Positions 52,380 to 62,008 of a stretch of 64,000 bases of DNA are shown here, piece after piece (positions within the stretch are counted from its first letter, which is position 1; each line of letters opens with the position of its first letter). Source of the DNA: Geopsychrobacteraceae bacterium. GTDB lineage: Bacteria > Desulfobacterota > Desulfuromonadia > Desulfuromonadales > Geopsychrobacteraceae. Position numbers and translations under genes: made by a program. The DNA lies in assembly GCA_963662315.1 (NCBI GenBank), contig OY759353.1, positions 800,001 to 864,000 of the forward strand. Direction: 5' to 3'. The notes beneath the pieces are model-generated. The model saw only the letters and a list, made by a program, of their open reading frames with translations, did no database searches and was not told the origin of the DNA.

Positions 52380-53093
52380 TTAAAAGAGACTGAGCTGGTC
52401 GTCTGGATTAACCGGCTTGAGAACCGGTTCCACCTCTTTCTTTTGAACTTTTTTTCGCGCTCTTTCCAGCGGGTTAGATTTTTTCCTGACTGCTACCGAC
52501 GTGCCTGTAGTGCCAGTTTTTTCTGGTGGGGCTTCACCCTTTTGGGTATCTCTTAAAATCCGGTAGACTGAAGCGACCCCGATTTTCAGTTTGTCGGCAA
52601 CCTGCTGGCGCGTCATTCCCTTCTCAAGCAGTTTTATGACTCTGTCAGTTTTGGCCCTGGCTGTTGCTTTTCTGCCCTTAAACTTGCCGGCCAGCTTGGC
52701 TTTTTCGATCCCTTCTTTTTGTCGTTCAAGCAGAACAGAGCGCTCAAATTCAGCAATCGCCCGCAACATGGACAACATGAGCTGGCCATTCTCCGTGGCG
52801 GTATTCAGTTGAATTCCCAATATTTTCAGGCACACCCCTTTGCGGTTCAGATCCTGGGTCATTTCCAGAAAGTGCCTGGTATTACGGGCAAGCCGGTCTA
52901 TTTTCTGGACAACAATGGTATCTCCTGCCTTGACCGTTGCCATTAACCGGTCAAATTCAGGCCGTTCACCATCTATAGACATCAATGTCTCGGTAAAAAT
53001 TGTCTCTGCGCCTCCTGCCGTTAGCGCTTTTGTCTGCTCTGCCAGGTCCTGATTGCGCAGGCTGCCCAAAGCATAGCCTAAAATCGTACCCAT
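52380..53093 (-). CDS. serine recombinase (resolvase/invertase family), atypical
   Basis: RPEF, GDTIVVQKIDRLARN, AIAEFER, ERQKEGI..AK..G.FKGRK, C-terminal HTH; GYARVS motif altered to GYALGS. Confidence 0.88.
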   Translation of the reverse strand: MGTILGYALGSLRNQDLAEQTKALTAGGAETIFTETLMSIDGERPEFDRLMATVKAGDTIVVQKIDRLARNTRHFLEMTQDLNRKGVCLKILGIQLNTATENGQLMLSMLRAIAEFERSVLLERQKEGIEKAKLAGKFKGRKATARAKTDRVIKLLEKGMTRQQVADKLKIGVASVYRILRDTQKGEAPPEKTGTTGTSVAVRKKSNPLERARKKVQKKEVEPVLKPVNPDDQLSLF

Positions 53094-53115
53094 ATAATAT
53101 TTCTACCTCTTCGCA

Positions 53116-53235
53116 CTATCAAAATATCTAAAATTATCCGCAATCTTCTATCACATGTTGAAATTTAAGTCATTTGATAGTTTCAGGTGGCACAGTGAGA
53201 TATTAAAAGCCTTGACGATTCATTCACGAGTATCA
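53116..53235. promoter_or_regulatory. putative res-like recombination/operator site
   Basis: Repeated CTATCA/TGATAG half-sites (53116, 53148, 53175, 53231) directly upstream of the resolvase. Confidence 0.5.
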
Positions 53236-53299
53236 TTACCATTAGCTGTAAAAGAGGCGTTCAACATCTTTTGCTTCATCATGTTGCTTCTTTTACGGT

Positions 53300-53466
53300 A
53301 AGGCAACCCCCTCCTTCGTTAAGCTTCTCGCCTAATAGGTAAGATCATTGTTCAGAGGTGGCATCCAGCTCCTTGCGACGTCTCTCACGTATTGACCCCG
53401 GCAGACCATTCTCACTAGCGCGGTATTTACATTTTGAACAGCTGGTCTCTAGCCTTAGACAGACCG
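53300..53466 (-). ncRNA. second orphan structured element resembling an IS110 5' non-coding region
   Basis: TGTTCA/TGAACA closing stem, internal hairpins, ends in SD AAGGAGGGGG with no ORF behind it; IS110 resemblance is from recall. Confidence 0.35.
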
Positions 53467-53480
53467 GCAAACGGGTTTCA

Positions 53481-55394
53481 TTAATTGAATCGTTTAATCC
53501 CAAATAATTTCATCTTTCGCTTTAAAGTGGTTCTGTGGATTCCAAGTTGCTGCGCCGCCTGCCCCTGGTGGCCATCGTTCTGTTTTAAGGCCAGAATTAT
53601 CTGCTCACAGTCTGTCTGACTTCGCCCTTGGGTAGGGATAGGTTGGGAGCTGGCCTTCTCTGTTGAGATTTCAGAAATCAGCTGGAAGCGTACAAATTCT
53701 TCTGTGATCTTGGTATTGCGAGCCATGAGCGCCAGCCTCTCAATCACCCCGGAAAGCTCGCGGATATTGCCGGGCCAGTAATAGTCTTCAAGAATTTCGA
53801 TAATGCCGTCGGTCAGTGACAGGGCACTCGCATATTTCCGCCGATAAATTTCAGAAAAATACCGGGCTAAATAAGCGACATCGCCACTCCGTTCCCGTAG
53901 CGGAGGGATCTTAAGGGGGAGGATGTTAAGGCGATAGAAAAGATCTTTGCGAAACTCTCCTTTTTCAACCAGCTGGGGGAGATTCTGGTTAGACGCAGCG
54001 ATAACCCTGGCATTAACCGGAATATATTTATCGCCTCCGATGCGCATAGTGCATCGTTCCTGAAGTACCCTCAAGAGGCGAGTCTGGCCGTAATGATCCA
54101 TCTCCGATATCTCGTCCAGGAAAATTGTCCCATTGTTAGCCAACTCAAAAAGGCCCTGCTTGCCACTCCGCCGCGCACCGGTGAACGCACCTTCCTCATG
54201 ACCGAACAGCTCTGATTCCAGTAAAGAGGGGGGCAAAGAAGCGCAGTTGATCGCCACAAAGGGGCCTGGTCCGCAGGGGCTGGCTGTATGAATTGCCTGT
54301 GCAAACAGCTCCTTCCCGGTGCCGGTCTCTCCCATGAGGAGAATTGGACTGTCTGTGGCCGCAAAGGAGCGTGCCCAGGTTATGGTATTTTTAAGATTTG
54401 TTGAATTTCCACGAATATCATCGAAAGAATATTTACTTGTTAAACCACGGGCATGAAGGCTTTTCCGCAGTTTTGACTCCAGTTCGCTGATGACGGTCGC
54501 TGGTTGCAGGGTAAATATAAGGTCAGTTATGTGAGAACCTGCTTTGACAATTTCAGTACTCATGAGCAGCGGAATACCGTCCAGATCAAGCATTTCATCT
54601 TTAACGGGTTCGCTGAGATCAAGGCATTTGCTGGACAACTCGATCGGCAGGACATTGGCGGCCTGGGCATGAACAATATCTTTTTCGATCCGCAATAGTT
54701 TACGAACCGTAGCATTGGCGGCCTGGATATTGCCATTGGCATCGACAACGAGAATACCATTGGGAGATTGGTCGATAACCGTTTGGAGCCGACGCGTTCT
54801 GGCCTGTTCAAGCTTGCGTGCATAGGCGACATTCTGCGCTTCCAGAAATACTTCTTTCAGCGCGGCAGGACCTGAATCAAGAAAAACAGTAGGGAGCCCT
54901 TCCTCTTCAGCAAGCCTGGAAGAAATATGCCCGGCTACAACCACCTGAACGCCATCGCGCTTAGCCTGACTGATCTGCTTCCGTATCTGATCAAAGTCCT
55001 GCCTTACAGGGTAAGTACGTAGGTCGATATCAAGAACTTCAGCAAGACTGTCAATATCCCTGTTAACGGCGATAAATGCGAGCAAACCGATACGGGGACG
55101 GTCAATTTTAGTGGATTTCTTCGCTTCGTGAAGAACTGTGACCAGATCCTGTCCGGTTACAGGTATATTGAGAACGGGGGTTTTTACCGCACTTTTTACA
55201 AAATCAGTATTGATTCCACGTGTAATGATAACATCAACCCCCTGCTCTTCCAGCTCTCTGGCATTTTCACGTGAAATTTCCCCAACACCATATTTGATGA
55301 TCAGGTTGTTGCGCAGTCCCAGATCGTCAGCGATGGCGAGAGCTCTCTCTCCAATTCTTTGATTCGGTGGAATCAGGCCAATGAGTAGATCCAT
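53481..55394 (-). CDS. sigma54-dependent enhancer-binding protein (PrpR-like N-terminus, PAS, AAA+, Fis HTH)
   Basis: [46 protein letters not shown]-terminal HTH. Confidence 0.92.
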   Translation of the reverse strand: MDLLIGLIPPNQRIGERALAIADDLGLRNNLIIKYGVGEISRENARELEEQGVDVIITRGINTDFVKSAVKTPVLNIPVTGQDLVTVLHEAKKSTKIDRPRIGLLAFIAVNRDIDSLAEVLDIDLRTYPVRQDFDQIRKQISQAKRDGVQVVVAGHISSRLAEEEGLPTVFLDSGPAALKEVFLEAQNVAYARKLEQARTRRLQTVIDQSPNGILVVDANGNIQAANATVRKLLRIEKDIVHAQAANVLPIELSSKCLDLSEPVKDEMLDLDGIPLLMSTEIVKAGSHITDLIFTLQPATVISELESKLRKSLHARGLTSKYSFDDIRGNSTNLKNTITWARSFAATDSPILLMGETGTGKELFAQAIHTASPCGPGPFVAINCASLPPSLLESELFGHEEGAFTGARRSGKQGLFELANNGTIFLDEISEMDHYGQTRLLRVLQERCTMRIGGDKYIPVNARVIAASNQNLPQLVEKGEFRKDLFYRLNILPLKIPPLRERSGDVAYLARYFSEIYRRKYASALSLTDGIIEILEDYYWPGNIRELSGVIERLALMARNTKITEEFVRFQLISEISTEKASSQPIPTQGRSQTDCEQIILALKQNDGHQGQAAQQLGIHRTTLKRKMKLFGIKRFN

Positions 55395-55447
55395 TGAAAT
55401 TCTCCAGTGCTACAAATTATGCAAAATGATCGCTTTAGAGCGAACAA

Positions 55448-55463
55448 TACATCATTTGATGCA
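55448..55463. promoter_or_regulatory. candidate upstream activator site
   Basis: Dyad TACATCA-TT-TGATGCA between the activator gene and the sigma54 promoter. Confidence 0.35.
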
Positions 55464-55506
55464 TTTCCAGTTAGTTAAAAACCACGATTTACGGGCTTTT
55501 TCATTT

Positions 55507-55522
55507 TGGCAAGGTTGTTGCT
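55507..55522 (+). promoter_or_regulatory. sigma54 (-24/-12) promoter of the LarA-like operon
   Basis: TGGCAAGGTTGTTGCT = GG-N10-GC, divergent from the activator gene, ~85 bp upstream of the first CDS. Confidence 0.8.
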
Positions 55523-55605
55523 GTTTTAATAACCATAACGTCTAGGCAACCAAGACGGTTTTGTTGTTTGTACAAATCCATACATACAAAGATGACGAGG
55601 GACAG

Positions 55606-56904
55606 ATGTCAATAATTCCAAATTTGATTAACGATACAGCTATCCCAGACTTCATTCCGGCCTGGCAGTCTTTTAGTGACAACAGCATCGATGATATCCC
55701 GGCAGCGGTAGTCTCGGCATTGAATCAGTCGGGGCTGGTAGACAACGTGCCGGTTTTTAAGGAAGTTGCCATCGGAGTTGGCTCCCGCGGCGTTGCCAAC
55801 CTGCCGGCACTGGTCGCTTCAACAGTGACCTGGTTTCGCAGTAATGGCTGCAGACCCTTTGTAATCCCCTGCATGGGCAGCCACGGAGGAGCAACCGGGC
55901 CGGGACAGATTAAGGTGCTGGCGGATCTGGGTGTAACAGAGGAGACTGTCGGCTGCGAAATCCGGGCGTCAATGGATGTTATTGAGGTCGGACGCCTTGA
56001 TAATGGATTGCCGGTTTATATGGACCGCATCGCCTGGGAGGCTGATGGCGTATTTATTATCAACCGGATAAAAACCCATACCTCCTTTTCCGGTGTTCAT
56101 GAAAGCGGGCTGGTCAAGATGCTGACAATCGGACTGGGCAAGCAAAAAGGGGCAGATACAGCGCATAGCAGGGGTTTTTTTGATTTTCCGGTAATCATGC
56201 CGGCGATGGCAACAATGCTGCTTGAAAGCAAACCGACTATTCTCGGCGGGCTTGGCGTGGTTGAAAATGCATTGGAGAAAACCTGCCTGATTGAAGCTAT
56301 TCCGGCAAACAACCTTATTACTCGGGATGCCGAGCTACTCGCCTACTCGAAAACACTTCTCCCCTCCCTTCCCCTTGAGAAAATCGATCTGTTGATCATC
56401 GATCAAATGGGAAAAAATATTTCCGGCGCGGGGATGGATCCCAATATTACCGGACGACACCTGTCCCCCGCCAAAAGCGGTGGTCCAACCGTTACGCGAT
56501 TGGTAACTCTTGGATTGACCGAGGAGAGCATGGGGAACGCTACAGGAATGGGAAATGCGGACATTATCCCGCGCAGCATGGCCAATGCGATTAATTTTGA
56601 CTACACCTACGCCAATGTCATTACCAGCACAAGTCTGGGTTTTGTGAGAATGCCGATGGTTCTGGAGACAGATGAAGCCGTGTTGCGCTGCGGAGTCAAA
56701 ACCTGCTCGACCGCTATTGATAAAATCCGTGCCATCCGGATCAAAGACACTCTTCATCTCGACAAGCTTCTTCTCTCACCGGCGGCAGCAGAAGCATTGT
56801 CAGGTCACGACAATATACATCTGGCCGGGGCTCCGCGCCCGCTGGAATTTTCCAAGGACAAGTTCCTGGACCGTACAATCTGGGAAAAAGCCTTCGTTAA
56901 ATAA
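55606..56904 (+). CDS. LarA-superfamily (lactate racemase-like, DUF2088) isomerase
   Basis: GVGSRGVANL, PCMGSHGGAT, NRIKTHTSF, ESGLVKMLTIGLGKQKGA, GKNISGAGMDPN, GNATGMG. Confidence 0.75.
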   Translation: MSIIPNLINDTAIPDFIPAWQSFSDNSIDDIPAAVVSALNQSGLVDNVPVFKEVAIGVGSRGVANLPALVASTVTWFRSNGCRPFVIPCMGSHGGATGPGQIKVLADLGVTEETVGCEIRASMDVIEVGRLDNGLPVYMDRIAWEADGVFIINRIKTHTSFSGVHESGLVKMLTIGLGKQKGADTAHSRGFFDFPVIMPAMATMLLESKPTILGGLGVVENALEKTCLIEAIPANNLITRDAELLAYSKTLLPSLPLEKIDLLIIDQMGKNISGAGMDPNITGRHLSPAKSGGPTVTRLVTLGLTEESMGNATGMGNADIIPRSMANAINFDYTYANVITSTSLGFVRMPMVLETDEAVLRCGVKTCSTAIDKIRAIRIKDTLHLDKLLLSPAAAEALSGHDNIHLAGAPRPLEFSKDKFLDRTIWEKAFVK

Positions 56905-56972
56905 ATAGTCAGACAAGCAATTGTCTGAGTTTATAGCTCATCATTTTTGATATGACACACCAAGGAGACATC

Positions 56973-58034
56973 ATGCACTACGACATTATCCACTTTGAAG
57001 CACTCGGAATGGAATCTCAACACCTGGAAAATGAAATCCAGGCAGCAATAAAAAACGGACAGCTTCCGGCTCAACATTCCTACCTTGTGACTTCTGATCG
57101 CGTTCAGGATTATCTCGCCACCCCAGGTACCACACTACCTGACATTATCACTGTTAAAGCGCATTCTAAAGTTCCCGCGTCTTATCTTCAAGGAACAAGG
57201 AAAAATGTGATTTTCCGTGGCGCTGGATACGATTCAGTCGAATACCTGGCGCCGGATGTGAATCTGACGTCTTTGCGAGAGTATTGCATTAACGCTGTTG
57301 CCCAGACAGCCATCAAGTTTCTTTACGCAACAGCCGGATACCTGAACTGTTACACAGAGGCGATCAAAACCTTCAACCGGCAAACAGTTCCTTCCTTTGT
57401 CGAGCTGTGCCCTCAGCTCACGGCAACGGTATTTGGTGTTGGCCGAATCGGAAAACGCATCTACGAACTGCTTGAGAGCAATGGATTGACAGTGCAGGCC
57501 GTTGATATCCGGGAACAAGAGTTGTCTGAGCACTATGGCAATAGTGTGAAATTTGTTAGCGCAAAAGAAGCAATGCAGACCAGTGATATTATTGTCAGCG
57601 GTATGAGTCTCAGCAAAGATCGCTCTCACCCGTTTTATAACGTGGGCTATTTCTCGGAAGAGCTTTTTTCAATCGCTACAAAAAAATTGATCTTTATTAA
57701 TGTTACTCGTGGAGACATCGCTTCTGAGTCACTTCTGCTTGATCTTTACAAGAAGGGACAAATTATTGGTCTTGGATTGGACGCTTTTGGCGACGAAGGT
57801 GGCTTTGCAGATTTTATTAAAGGCAACATAGCTACTCAAAATACCAATCATCTCGCGGCAAAAGAACTCGTCGAAATGAGCCTGAAGCGAACCGCTAATA
57901 TCTATGTTCAGCCTCATCAGGGTTTCAATGGCGATGTCGCGGCTGCTGCCAAAGCGTTTGAAACCATAAAACATGTCATCTATTGGTATGCCCATGGAAA
58001 ACAGGGATTTGCTGAGCAAATCCCCTATTATTGA
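56973..58034 (+). CDS. D-2-hydroxyacid dehydrogenase family protein (divergent)
   Basis: GAGYD, FGVGRIG, INVTRG (Arg), LDAFGDE (Glu), QPHQGF (His); AAGGAG SD. Confidence 0.78.
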   Translation: MHYDIIHFEALGMESQHLENEIQAAIKNGQLPAQHSYLVTSDRVQDYLATPGTTLPDIITVKAHSKVPASYLQGTRKNVIFRGAGYDSVEYLAPDVNLTSLREYCINAVAQTAIKFLYATAGYLNCYTEAIKTFNRQTVPSFVELCPQLTATVFGVGRIGKRIYELLESNGLTVQAVDIREQELSEHYGNSVKFVSAKEAMQTSDIIVSGMSLSKDRSHPFYNVGYFSEELFSIATKKLIFINVTRGDIASESLLLDLYKKGQIIGLGLDAFGDEGGFADFIKGNIATQNTNHLAAKELVEMSLKRTANIYVQPHQGFNGDVAAAAKAFETIKHVIYWYAHGKQGFAEQIPYY

Positions 58035-58130
58035 GCACTGTTTGCGTTAGCTGAATACGGCCTAAGACCGACATCAGGTGCAAGCAGAACATAGCCAATA
58101 TTTATAAATCAATAGAGAACGGAATGAGCA

Positions 58131-58811
58131 ATGGCAAACCCAGGCTTAAGAGTTAAAAAAAATATCCTCCGCCCTGACCGGTCACTGGTTGAATCGTTTA
58201 GCACGATTCCGGTCGCCAACATTGGTGACAGCATGAATCGAGTGAATTGCATGAACGCGCGTATCAGACCAATGAATGCCGCACCACTGATTGGCTGCGC
58301 TCTGACGGTTAAAGTTCGCACCGGTGACAACTTGCTGATGCACAAGGCTATCGATCTGGCTCAACCTGGCGACATCGTCGTTGTTGATGCTCAAGGTGAA
58401 CAGTCATATGCCATCACTGGCGAGCTGATGATTTCATGGATGCGCAGACGCGGGGTCTCGGGACTGGTTGTCGATGGCTGCATAAGAGATCTCGATTACG
58501 TCAGAAGCCTGGTCGACTTTCCGGTATTCGCCATCGGGGTAACCCCCAACGGTCCTCTTAAAGAAGGAGGAGGCGAAGTTAATTTCCCGATTATGTGCGG
58601 TGGCCTGGTTATTAACCCCGGCGATATCCTGGTTGGCGATGCCGATGGGATTGTCGTGATCAATCCAGCGGACGCTCCTGTTGTTTTAGAAAAGTCCCAA
58701 GCCAAAAATGATGCTGAGGTCCAAGAGAAAGCAGCGATTGAAAACCTGACCTGGAATCGCGAGTGGGTGGATGAAACACTGACAAGGAAGGGTTGCGAGT
58801 TCATTGATTAA
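58131..58811 (+). CDS. RraA-like / 4-hydroxy-4-methyl-2-oxoglutarate aldolase family protein
   Basis: GDNLLMHKA, GELM, VDGCIRD, PGDILVGDADGIVV. Confidence 0.85.
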   Translation: MANPGLRVKKNILRPDRSLVESFSTIPVANIGDSMNRVNCMNARIRPMNAAPLIGCALTVKVRTGDNLLMHKAIDLAQPGDIVVVDAQGEQSYAITGELMISWMRRRGVSGLVVDGCIRDLDYVRSLVDFPVFAIGVTPNGPLKEGGGEVNFPIMCGGLVINPGDILVGDADGIVVINPADAPVVLEKSQAKNDAEVQEKAAIENLTWNREWVDETLTRKGCEFID

Positions 58812-58903
58812 ATATCTGTCAATTCGGTTTTTTTTATTAATCGAGCTTCCCTGACAGAAACTCAAGCTGAATCAAATATCGATAATCATAAAAGGAAAAG
58901 AGC

Positions 58904-59356
58904 ATGAAACAATACGTACAGGACAGAAGAATCGTGACAGTTGGGCTCGTCATGGTCCTGCTGGGCTTTCAGGTCTGCAGCAAATTTCCGGAGGACAGTG
59001 CTTTGTTCCCCGAGGTCTGCCTATTCGCGGTCGGAGCATTGTTGGTGCTGTTAGCCATTGCCAACGAGGTTTCACGACGCAAGATTGTTGCTGCCGGGAA
59101 CGTGCCGGCAGATACCATTGAAATGAAATGGGGCCCTTTCCTTCTCGTTACAGTTGTCCTCGGCGTTTACGGCTTTAGCGTCAAATTCCTTGGGTTTTAC
59201 CTGGCAAGTGCGCTTTTTGTGCTGATTGTCGGCTTTAGCTGGGGTGGTGTAAAAAAGCCGACCATCGTTTTGTTCACGGTCTGCTTCCTGATCTTTCTAT
59301 ACACCTGCTTCACTCTTCTCTTCAATGTCCCGTTACCCTCAGGAATTGCGAGGTAA
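58904..59356 (+). CDS. tctB: tripartite tricarboxylate transporter TctB
   Basis: Four TM segments, FP motif, LGFYLAS, FNVPLPSG. Confidence 0.85.
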   Translation: MKQYVQDRRIVTVGLVMVLLGFQVCSKFPEDSALFPEVCLFAVGALLVLLAIANEVSRRKIVAAGNVPADTIEMKWGPFLLVTVVLGVYGFSVKFLGFYLASALFVLIVGFSWGGVKKPTIVLFTVCFLIFLYTCFTLLFNVPLPSGIAR

Positions 59357-59359
59357 TTC

Positions 59360-60880
59360 ATGTTAGACGCATTATTGACAGCATTGCCCGGTGTATTTCA
59401 CTGGTCTTCGATCATCGCCATGGTTGGTGCAACGTGTGCCGGTATCATTGTTGGTGCCATGCCCGGTCTTTCTGCAACAATGGGCGTTGCCTTGCTGATC
59501 CCATTTACTTTCGGCATGCATCCCCTGACCGCTCTGGTGGCTATGGCCGGTATGTATAACGGTGCTATTTACGGTGGATCCATTGCCGCTATTCTGCTCA
59601 ACATTCCGGGCACCCCGGCCGCGGTCTGTACCACATTGGACGGGCATCCCATGGTCAAAAAAGGCCAGGGGGTTCTTGCCCTGCAGACATCAGTTATATC
59701 TTCTGCCTTCGGTGGCGCGGTCAGCGCTCTGGCTCTGATGTTTGTTGCTCCTTATCTTGCCGCCCTGGCGCTTAAGTTTGGTCCTGCCGAATATTTCTGG
59801 ATCGCTGTTCTGGGCTTGTCGACCATTGCCAGTTTTATCAGCGGTTCAACGATCAAAGGACTGATCAGCGGCTTTCTTGGGTTGCTGGTCAGCACCATAG
59901 GTATGGATGCCATTACCGGCGTTCAACGCTTTGATTTTGGCAGTACCTACCTGCTCGACCGGATACCGATTCTGGTTGCCCTTATTGGTCTATTCTCAAT
60001 TCCTGAAGTGTTCATGATTCTTGAAACAAGTGGAAGGAATCAAAAGAAAATTGATATCAGCCTGAAAGAATCAAAGGGGTGGGACTGGGTTAAAGATACA
60101 GCTCAATCCTGGGTGATCTGGATCCGCTCATCAATTCTGGGAGTTATTGTCGGTATGCTTCCTGGTGCTGGTGCCAACATCGCAGCCTTTATCGCCTATA
60201 ACGATGCTCGCAACCGTTCAAAAACACCTGAGCAATTTGGGCATGGCTGCATTGAAGGGGTCAAAGCGTCAGAGACGGCCAACAATGCTGTTACGGCTAG
60301 CTCCTTGGCCCCCATGCTGACCTTTGGCGTCCCCGGTAACGCGGTTGCAGCAGTTATGATCGGTGGCTTGATGATTCATGGTCTGCAACCCGGTCCGAAT
60401 CTGTTTATCAAAAACCCCGATGTTGTTTACGGACTTATGTGGGCTATGTTTCTCACCAACTTCATCATGCTGTTTTTTGGCCTGATCGGGTCGCGTTTTT
60501 TCGCCCAGTGCTTACGCATTCCTCCAACCTTGATGGCTGCTGCTATTGCTGTCCTCAGCGTAGTCGGGACTTACAGCATCAATAATTCCATGGGTGATGT
60601 CTATGCCATGCTGATCTGTGGTTTTGTCGGTATCGTCATGCTGCGACTCAGAATTCCAACCGCACCTGCTGTTCTCGGACTCATCCTTGGAGGTATGGCC
60701 GAAACAGAATTGCGCCGCGCGTTGCTGTTAGCCGATTCCCCTATTGAGCTGTTTACGCGCCCGCTGTCTGCAGTCATGGTCGTTTTGACAATATTCAGTT
60801 TGCTTGTTCCAGTTTATAAGAGTTTTCGCAGACATAAAACCGGCGAAGTTTCAAGCGAATTGGCCAGTGGTGACTTTTAA
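59360..60880 (+). CDS. tctA: tripartite tricarboxylate transporter TctA
   Basis: GAMPGLSA, YGGSIAAILLNIPGTP, LPGAGA, ETANNA, HGLQPGP, LGLILG. Confidence 0.93.
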   Translation: MLDALLTALPGVFHWSSIIAMVGATCAGIIVGAMPGLSATMGVALLIPFTFGMHPLTALVAMAGMYNGAIYGGSIAAILLNIPGTPAAVCTTLDGHPMVKKGQGVLALQTSVISSAFGGAVSALALMFVAPYLAALALKFGPAEYFWIAVLGLSTIASFISGSTIKGLISGFLGLLVSTIGMDAITGVQRFDFGSTYLLDRIPILVALIGLFSIPEVFMILETSGRNQKKIDISLKESKGWDWVKDTAQSWVIWIRSSILGVIVGMLPGAGANIAAFIAYNDARNRSKTPEQFGHGCIEGVKASETANNAVTASSLAPMLTFGVPGNAVAAVMIGGLMIHGLQPGPNLFIKNPDVVYGLMWAMFLTNFIMLFFGLIGSRFFAQCLRIPPTLMAAAIAVLSVVGTYSINNSMGDVYAMLICGFVGIVMLRLRIPTAPAVLGLILGGMAETELRRALLLADSPIELFTRPLSAVMVVLTIFSLLVPVYKSFRRHKTGEVSSELASGDF

Positions 60881-60973
60881 CAGAACTTAAAATCACAAGG
60901 AGGTGATTAGACGAACATAAAAGGAACGGCCGGGTTATCTAACTTTTAACAATCAATCATAAGGAGCATCGCG

Positions 60974-61951
60974 ATGAAAAAATTAGCAAGTCTGTCTTTG
61001 ATGTTACTACTGGCGACGATTCTGTCCGTCAACGTATCCACCCAGGCCGAAGCTGCTTGGCCGAGCGACAAAGCCATTACCATGATCGTGGCTTACTCCC
61101 CGGGTGGTTCCACGGATGTCGCTGCACGCCTGGCCGCTGTCTATATCGAAAAATATCTTGGGCAGTCAGTGGTTGTTTTGAATAAGCCCGGAGCCGGAGG
61201 AGAAGTTGGTTTTACCGCCCTGGCTGAGACAGAAGCAGATGGCTATACCGTCGGCTTTATCAATACTCCAAATGTACTGACCATTCCGATGCAACGGCAA
61301 ACCCGCTATTCTTTGGAGTCATTTATTCCGGTTGCGCAACTGATGGACGACCCGGATTCACTGTATGTCCCCAAAGACAGCCCGCTTAATACCATGAAAG
61401 ATCTGGTTGAGTATGCTAAAGCCAACCCCGGAAAAGTCAAATATGGTACCAGCGGTATCGGTTCCGATGATCATATCGCCGGAGAATTGCTGAGTGGGAT
61501 CGCTGGAATCAAACTGAAGCACATCCCCTTCGCCGGTGCCAGCGCCAACCGCACCGCCCTGCTCGGCAGTCACGTTACGGTTGGAGTTTTCAATATCAGC
61601 GAAGGCAAAGAATATGTCACGACCGGGCAGGTTAAAATTCTGGGACAGATGTCAGAACAGCGGACCGAACTTTTCCCGGATGTCCCGACTCTGAAAGAGC
61701 AAGGCTTTGATATCACGATGGCATCGACCAGAGGGATCGCCATGCCGGCAGGGACACCTGATGATATCGTTAAAAAATTCGCAGAAGCGACGGAAAAGGC
61801 AATTAATGACCCAGAATTTCAAAAGAAGTGTGCCGAATCGAGCTTGCCACTCAGATATCTCGGTCCTCAAGACTATCTGAAATCACTTCAGGCTAACCGG
61901 ACCCAATTCAAAAACCTTTGGGATACCAATCCCTGGGTAAAGCAGAAGTAA
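60974..61951 (+). CDS. tctC: tripartite tricarboxylate transporter substrate-binding protein TctC
   Basis: Signal peptide; YSPGGSTDVAAR, NKPGAGG, ADGYT, GTSGIGSDDH, PDVPTLKEQG. Confidence 0.92.
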   Translation: MKKLASLSLMLLLATILSVNVSTQAEAAWPSDKAITMIVAYSPGGSTDVAARLAAVYIEKYLGQSVVVLNKPGAGGEVGFTALAETEADGYTVGFINTPNVLTIPMQRQTRYSLESFIPVAQLMDDPDSLYVPKDSPLNTMKDLVEYAKANPGKVKYGTSGIGSDDHIAGELLSGIAGIKLKHIPFAGASANRTALLGSHVTVGVFNISEGKEYVTTGQVKILGQMSEQRTELFPDVPTLKEQGFDITMASTRGIAMPAGTPDDIVKKFAEATEKAINDPEFQKKCAESSLPLRYLGPQDYLKSLQANRTQFKNLWDTNPWVKQK

Positions 61952-61963
61952 AACCACTCAGTT

Positions 61964-61992
61964 TCCGGGCCCATCTTTGTGATGGGTCCGGA
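61964..61992. terminator. hairpin between convergent tctC and AEC genes
   Basis: TCCGGGCCCATC / GATGGGTCCGGA. Confidence 0.7.
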
Positions 61993-62008
61993 TTATTGAA
62001 TAAACAGA

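Noticed and set aside
53307..53314. 8-nt complementarity between the 27.1-kb sRNA loop (CCCCCUCC) and the orphan SD GGAGGGGG
   Set aside because: Expected by chance for any SD-like sequence, and there is no downstream gene to regulate
60897..60906. Perfect AAGGAGGTGA between tctA and tctC
   Set aside because: No suitably placed start codon or ORF; tctC has its own SD; at most an mRNA-stabilising site
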